In this document: one piece after another, positions 58,101-64,000 of the stretch
Layout: every line of letters starts with the position of its first letter
How positions within the stretch are numbered: position 1 is the first letter of the stretch
Assembly (NCBI GenBank): GCA_964035545.1
Contig: OZ037767.1
Coordinates: 24,630,628-24,694,627 of the forward strand
Direction of reading: 5' to 3'
From: Bugula neritina
Taxonomy: Eukaryota > Animalia > Bryozoa
DNA length: 64,000 nt
Made by a program: the position numbers and the translations under genes
Notes under the pieces: model-generated
Database searches by the model: none
What the model was told of the DNA's origin: nothing
What the model saw: only the letters and a program-made list of their open reading frames with translations

Positions 58101-61100
58101 TCTTGTTTTAAAACTTCAAAAAGATTTGGTTTAGTTGATTTTTGAAAATTTGAGCTAGAGATTCTGTAGTTTTCAATGACTTCTGCTAAGGTTTTGGTGT
58201 GCTTTACGTGTCTAGGAGAGAGTAACACTTGGTCAGCTGTCTGGTAACAGGTTCAAGATAGTATTGAGAAGTGTGGAGACAACTTCTGAGAACTTGGAGA
58301 AAGCCACAGAGTCTCTCAGACACCTGGGGTTCATCAACTACTTTGGTATGCAGAGATTTGGCACTGCTTCTATTCCAACTTATCAGGTGAGTAATATTCC
58401 CAGAACTTGCCCTAGCTCTAGTGTGATTACACTTCTTAGCTTGAGTATCAACACACTGCATAGCCTTAGTACCAATACACTGCATAGCCTGAGTACCAAT
58501 ACACTGCATAGCCTTAGTACCAATACACTGCATACCCTTAGTACCAACACACTGCATAGCCTTAGTACCAATACACTGCATAGCCTGAGTACCAACACAC
58601 TGCATAGCCTTAGTACCAATACACTGCATAGCCTTAGTACCAATACACTGCATAGCCTTAGTACCAATACACTGCATACCCTTAGTGCGGGTATTCTACA
58701 TATATAGTTGGTACCAACACGCTGTCTAACCATGGTATTAAGTAGACAATTAAAGTTGAGCACTCTCCATCACATACTCTGTGAACCAGCCAGTCATCAT
58801 GTAACTGGTTATTTCTTTGAGTTGAATCACAGTTTAGTATTGTTGCTGGGCTTCGAGTTGCCCTCATCTCGCCTCTCTTTATTACAAAATACTGGAATGC
58901 TGCACTTGGTAATTTAAGTAACATTGCTAGTGAGAGAGCACAACTACTGTGTTTATGTGGAATACTTGATGAGCTCATAAGTTAGCTGCTGCTTGCTTGA
59001 CTTTGACTTAACAGCCGGTTATAATAATAAAATCGAACACACCCTTTGTCATTGCTAACTTTTCTAGCCATCAGCTTTAAAATCAGGTAGATAGAATGTA
59101 TAGGGTAGTTTGGAAAGACGGCAATGAAGTTGCTGATTTATACATTAAATACTTTAGTACTACACGTCATCATCTGGCATAGCCGCATGTAACCTGCAAG
59201 GCCCTGTGCCATGCATCATGCACATATCACTTATATATGCAGTAGTTTTCTTGTTAGTTCTAGTTTTTTTGTTAGACTTTTTATTTAAAGAATATATTTT
59301 AGCAGATTAAATATCTTGTGTGAGACTAATAAAATGTTTACAAGTATTACTAATTATTATGTTATAGATTAGTCAAATGAGATGTGTTGTTTGCTCAATG
59401 TGAAAATAAATACAGTTGATTGAGGTTTGAATCAGTTGCAAAGCTACCCACTAGTTGGAACGTATGTGGAGGGTTCTGTGTTGGAATTGCAGGTAGGTCT
59501 GCATATACTGAAAGGCGAGTTTGACAAGGCAGTGGATCTAATAATGGTTCCACGTTCAACCGACAAGCCACACATCACTGAGGTCAGACGAATATGGATG
59601 GGGAAGAAGGATGCCAAAGCTGTGTTGAAGAAGCTGCCTAAGTCTATGAACATCGAACGGAGACTCATGGAAGGAGTGGTAACCTGCGGGGTGACAAATC
59701 TCTCTGGGGCCCTCGAACGTATACCCAGGTATGGTTACAATCCTCTCATTATGTAGGGCTCACAATAGTATAAACTGAAAAATTTAGGACTTAGTTGATA
59801 TATTCAGTAAACATTTAATTGCATTTTGTGTTAGTGTTGGTTGAGGCAAGTAGAGCTGTTAGTGTTATATTTATTGTAATATATTTTACGTTGTAGAACT
59901 ACCAGACTTCTCTATCTTCACAGCTATCAGAGTCTGGTATGGAATAAAGTAGCGTCTCTAAGAGTGGAGAAATATGGTCTAAAGCCAATGGTTGGTGATC
60001 TGGTATACGTTCAAGGTATGTCTCCACCTGGCCACGCCTACTCTATGTACTACTGTTTGATGTCCTAAGCTATTGCTATTGCTATTAGTGTTACCTTCTG
60101 CTAAATTTCCCATTGTCTTAGTTAACCAAAACAAGAAGTATTTGATTATATGCATTAACTATTATAACTTGGGATAGTTTTTGAATTGTGTAAATTGAAT
60201 AAGATTATCAATGCTAAAGAAACCAAGGTTGTAGCTATTGCATCATAGCACTCGCTTGGGAATCACGTTTTAAGCCTACATATATAGATGCATAAGATTT
60301 TTAAAATTTATTTCAATAAACAATTTGTGATTTTTAAAATTCATTTATACTTTTTTAAATTGTCAATAGCTAATTTCTTTCATTTTCAGAGCTGAAAGCT
60401 GATGATATGAATGTAGACGAGGACGAAGCGACTAGTAGTAGTGATAGGAAGACTAAGCCAGCAGTGAAACACTTGACTGAAGATGAGTTAGAAAAGTACA
60501 CTATATATGACATAGTTTTGCCACTTCCTGGGTACGATGTCGTCCTGCCAGCCAATGAGGTCAGTTTTATCTCACATGAACTTTCTTATATACTAATTTG
60601 CATTTTAATTGAATTTCTCTTCAATTTGCCAGATCCCACTCAAAGAAAACACTTATTTGGTGTTATGGTTAGCATCTGACTGAAGTGTCTAAAATGTCAT
60701 GAATCTTATGTATGGTTGAATTTTTGTTTTGTAAATATGTGACTCTTTCAATGGTTTGTTCTACATGCAGCCCTCACTCTCAACACGGAGTCTAAATCCT
60801 TAACAAATGTCAGTATTCGATTGGATGTGTGGCTGTTGCTACTTTTTTAGTGTTGCATTTCTGTGACTTGCAGTTGAAAGATGCGGTCACAGGTCTACTA
60901 GCAGAAGATAGCCTCTCTTTGGAATCTCTAAAATGCACGAAGAAGGCAAAGGTGTGGTTATCAATACTTTCTTTGATCTCTAGGCTTTACAGCTATATTC
61001 TAATTTTCCATTCTGTATTTATATTTTAACTTATTTGGGGCTGTTTTGGTGTGTTTGCACACAATATCCAAATTGTCTAACCCCCAAACAATCAAAAGCA

Positions 61101-61916
61101 CTGTTTCAGCCACTTTTGTGTGTGCTGTTTGTTCAACTGTGAATCAACTTCTTTGTTGTTTAGTTGTTCTTATCCTGGACTTTTATGTGATACATTAGGA
61201 ATGTATTAGTCACAAATTTATAGCATTTTATGAATTATGTTGATAAATTTGGCTAACTTATGTTAATAAATTAGACTGTTTGCTACTGCAAGTATGGTAG
61301 CAAATGTTGATGACATTCCTGCCAGCTGTTAGTTAGCATAACCATAACAGTACAAAAGGGTGACATTATGTTCATACAGCTGCTGTAAACACTTATTTTG
61401 AGCTGCAGTGTGAACTGGGCATAATAATCTCAGGGTAAGGTTTTCACTCTACCATGAAGTACGGTTTATATGTAATAATATTCCTGCAGCAATACCGCCT
61501 GCCAGGCTCGTACAGGCATGTTATGGTGAAGCCCATCGACCTCACTTCGTCCCTCAGTTACTATGACGACGTGACAGAGGAGCTTGTGCAGTCCGATATG
61601 GACCTTCTCAACAAGCAGGTAACCACCTATGTCAGCATCATCTCTACAACTTAAACCTCATACTTCAAGCTTTTCATTTAATCTGTATTTAGACTAAAAT
61701 ATTTATCGACCACCTTATTAGTTTGTGGATATACTAGAGTTATGTTCACATGCTCTTGTTTATTCTAAGGAGCTGAAACATAAGGATTCGGGGAAGCATA
61801 TGGCTGCCATCTTGGAATTTGGATTACCTTCGTCATGTTATGCTACAATGTTGTTGCGGGAAATTACTAGGGCCGATACTTCTGCGGCCCACCAGACTTC
61901 ACTGAACAAACAATAG
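55179..61916 (+). CDS. PUS7: Pseudouridylate synthase 7 (TruD family)
   Basis: Exons 55179-55235, 55466-55553, 55937-56595, 56820-56912, 57457-57624, 57894-58088, 58216-58386, 59493-59728, 59897-60015, 60390-60559, 60874-60951, 61490-61618, 61770-61916. Motifs: [14 protein letters not shown], catalytic [60 protein letters not shown]. Confidence 0.96.
58089..58215 (+). other. Non-canonical GC-AG intron in PUS7
   Basis: AAT|GCAAGT donor gives MGNFQYSN|[13 protein letters not shown], colinear without gaps with the remembered PUS7 segment [20 protein letters not shown]. Confidence 0.85.
58438..58687. repeat. 24-bp minisatellite (~10 units) in a PUS7 intron
   Basis: Unit ccttagtaccaatacactgcatag with few substitutions. 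Confidence 0.96.
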
Positions 61917-63002
61917 TTGAGACATCCTGAAGTAATACTGAGTGTATACTGACTGCTGTTGGCTTTTATTGTCAAAATTACTGAATTTTAACAAATATTG
62001 AAGTAGTAGAGCTGTTCGTGTGTTTAAGAAACAATGCCAATGTTGTGAACATTTTTGTACATGTGTAGCTTGAAAAGTAATTTGTCATGTAGAGGTTTTG
62101 TTTACACCCTTTATACTAAGTAACATAGAGTGAATATTTAGCCGCTGTTCCATCAGATCCATCATTCCAATGCAGGCAAGTTATTTTAAATTATAAATAT
62201 TCTATACTATTTTTGATTTTACCAATAACCTATTTAACTGCTGTTCTAAACTTGTTATTTGGTTATTCCATTAGTTGAATTCAAGCTAGAAATGAAAGCA
62301 TGTTCGACGTTTTAATTACTATTTTGCAGCTAGCCACACTCTCGTAGGCAAATGATTGACCATAATTTTGAAAGGTGTTTTTACGTATTATGTTGTACTC
62401 ATTGAATTACATCTACCAACTCTGTTCTCTGTAAAGCAATAAAATGTATTTCCAAACTTTAAGCTAGTCTCCAAATAATAATATTTAAATTAATTAACAA
62501 AAAAGATTTTTGCTATTTAGGTCAAATAACTCTTTCATAATATTATTTTTTTACCCTTCAATAATGCTGCCAATATGATACTATTAAATAGTTAATTGGC
62601 ACCATTAATACTGCAATGACCTCTTAATGTGGAAGTAGTGACACAGCTGTAGATTATTTCTGGCAAGTTGGATAAACACTTACTGACTTTATATGGTATG
62701 AAAATTTATTACACTGAAAATTCCAACAAAATTATAAAGATAACAAATACAAAGCTAATAAATGATGTACAATAATAAAAACAAAACTTAATCTTATTTT
62801 TTTTGCTTTTAGATATAGATTTTCGTAAAAATAAATGCATTTAAGTAACTAACAGTTATTATACAATTACTAAAGAGATAAAAATTCTAAGTGAGTTATT
62901 TCAAGAACTTTTGCTATTCTGTGTGTGACAAGGCTTAGAGATATATATATGTGCAGTTAAAACATAGCTAAGTTGCATAATGAATTAGTGCCAAGCTTTT
63001 CC

Positions 63003-63798
63003 TTATACAACTTTGCCTTTTGCAACGTCAGTGGTTCCTGGGTCAACACATGTTCCTTTTCCTCTTCGGGGGTGTTTCTTGTGTGACGCTTGCTCCGTTG
63101 TCTTGGTAAAGAAACACACTAAACCTAAAAATAGCACCATGTGGAGTGTAAAGAGAAATCTTTGAAAACTCAATGTTGAACAATTTATAACCAAATAAAG
63201 TTGGCTATGTCAGTTACTATTCTTTTTATCACATATGTGCAAAAGAACATCACGAAACAAACAATTAAAGATTGCCTCAAACAAAATCCTTAATACATTT
63301 CAACTCCACAAGTTTACTTGAGTAAATTTGATGACGTGATATAGGAAGATGAATAATGATTTTTGGCAGAACCTGACTTTATGGCCAGCTGTAGGTAGTC
63401 AAGTTACTAGTAACCGTATGACAGTTTGACTAGAGAACTGACTGTTTTCCAGTACTTAGATGTGGCAAACTTCCATCAAAATAATGTACCTTTACACTGG
63501 GAGTAAATACATGGCCCGCACACCTGAGCGGTGGCTTAGACTTTAATCAGTGTTTTCATCATTGGAACAGTATAAGCATAGTCAATATTAGTGTTTCCTT
63601 ATTTCAACAAATAACACACCTGTGATGAGCAATAATCAAAGATGGCTTCTTTTACAAGTATTATCAAAATACAGGAAATCAGGTGAGAGCAGTTACCTTT
63701 CATACACTGGTCTGAAGAATGACATTTCTTGCCAATCGGTTTGTTGTGATTTTTGCCTTTGCAGTGTTTGTGTCCCTTCTTATTGGTGAAGCAGTGCT
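63003..63798 (-). CDS. 3' exons of a small cysteine-rich protein (possibly secreted; prohormone-3/colipase-fold-like Cys spacing); 5' part beyond the window
   Basis: Exons 63697-63798 and 63003-63124 join in phase 1: HCFTNKKGHKHCKGKNHNKPIGKKCHSSDQCMKGLVCFFTK...RRGKGTCVDPG. Family assignment is tentative. Confidence 0.55.
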
Positions 63799-64000
63799 CT
63801 ACAACAAGGATGGAGTTATCATCTCTGTTGAAATACAGCGCAACTGTGTCATAATACTGATTACTTGCACACTGCTACCTGCATTCACATGTCATAAACA
63901 TATAAGGCATAATATTCACACGTGACTGATGACACATGCATTTTCTTTATATAGGTGACACAACTGGCAGATGGCATACACCAACTACTTATGTATACAT

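Noticed and set aside
58204-58763. Repetitive ORFs (MQCIGTKA)n and (LRLCSVLV)n; superficially CRISPR-like array
   Set aside because: Translations of an intronic 24-bp minisatellite; no unique spacers and a eukaryotic context.

Overview
AT-rich, intron-rich eukaryotic (invertebrate animal) genomic DNA with a compact gene layout. Most of the supplied ORF track is exon fragments running into introns, antisense shadows or repeat artefacts. Genes reconstructed by hand from splice sites: 3' half of acetyl-CoA carboxylase (+, 3311-13086); a KIAA2012-like coiled-coil protein (-, ~13945-26559); TMEM258 (+, 27304-29067, absent from the ORF track, with a U12-type intron); INIP/SOSS-C (-, 29450-31820); PSMC2/Rpt1 (-, 32567-38865); an unrecognised ~90-aa single-pass membrane protein (+, 43020-43784); MRPS22 (-, 45451-52148); PUS7 (+, 55179-61916, with a GC-AG intron); and the 3' end of a Cys-rich protein (-, 63003-63798). 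The most interesting signal is in the unusually long first ACC intron: five candidate micro/mini-exons (6, 24, 15, 48 and 12 nt). All are frame-preserving and open in the required phase, and they lie just upstream of the ACC regulatory-loop phosphosite (RINSVSD), suggesting a combinatorial splicing cassette. Other patterns: period-3 low-complexity islands concentrated near the 5' ends of housekeeping genes, a TTCCGGT motif at each of four promoters, minisatellites that copy or abut 5' splice sites, a palindromic two-strand polyA signal, and a tRNA-derived SINE. All calls come from manual reading and remembered family motifs; no searches were run.
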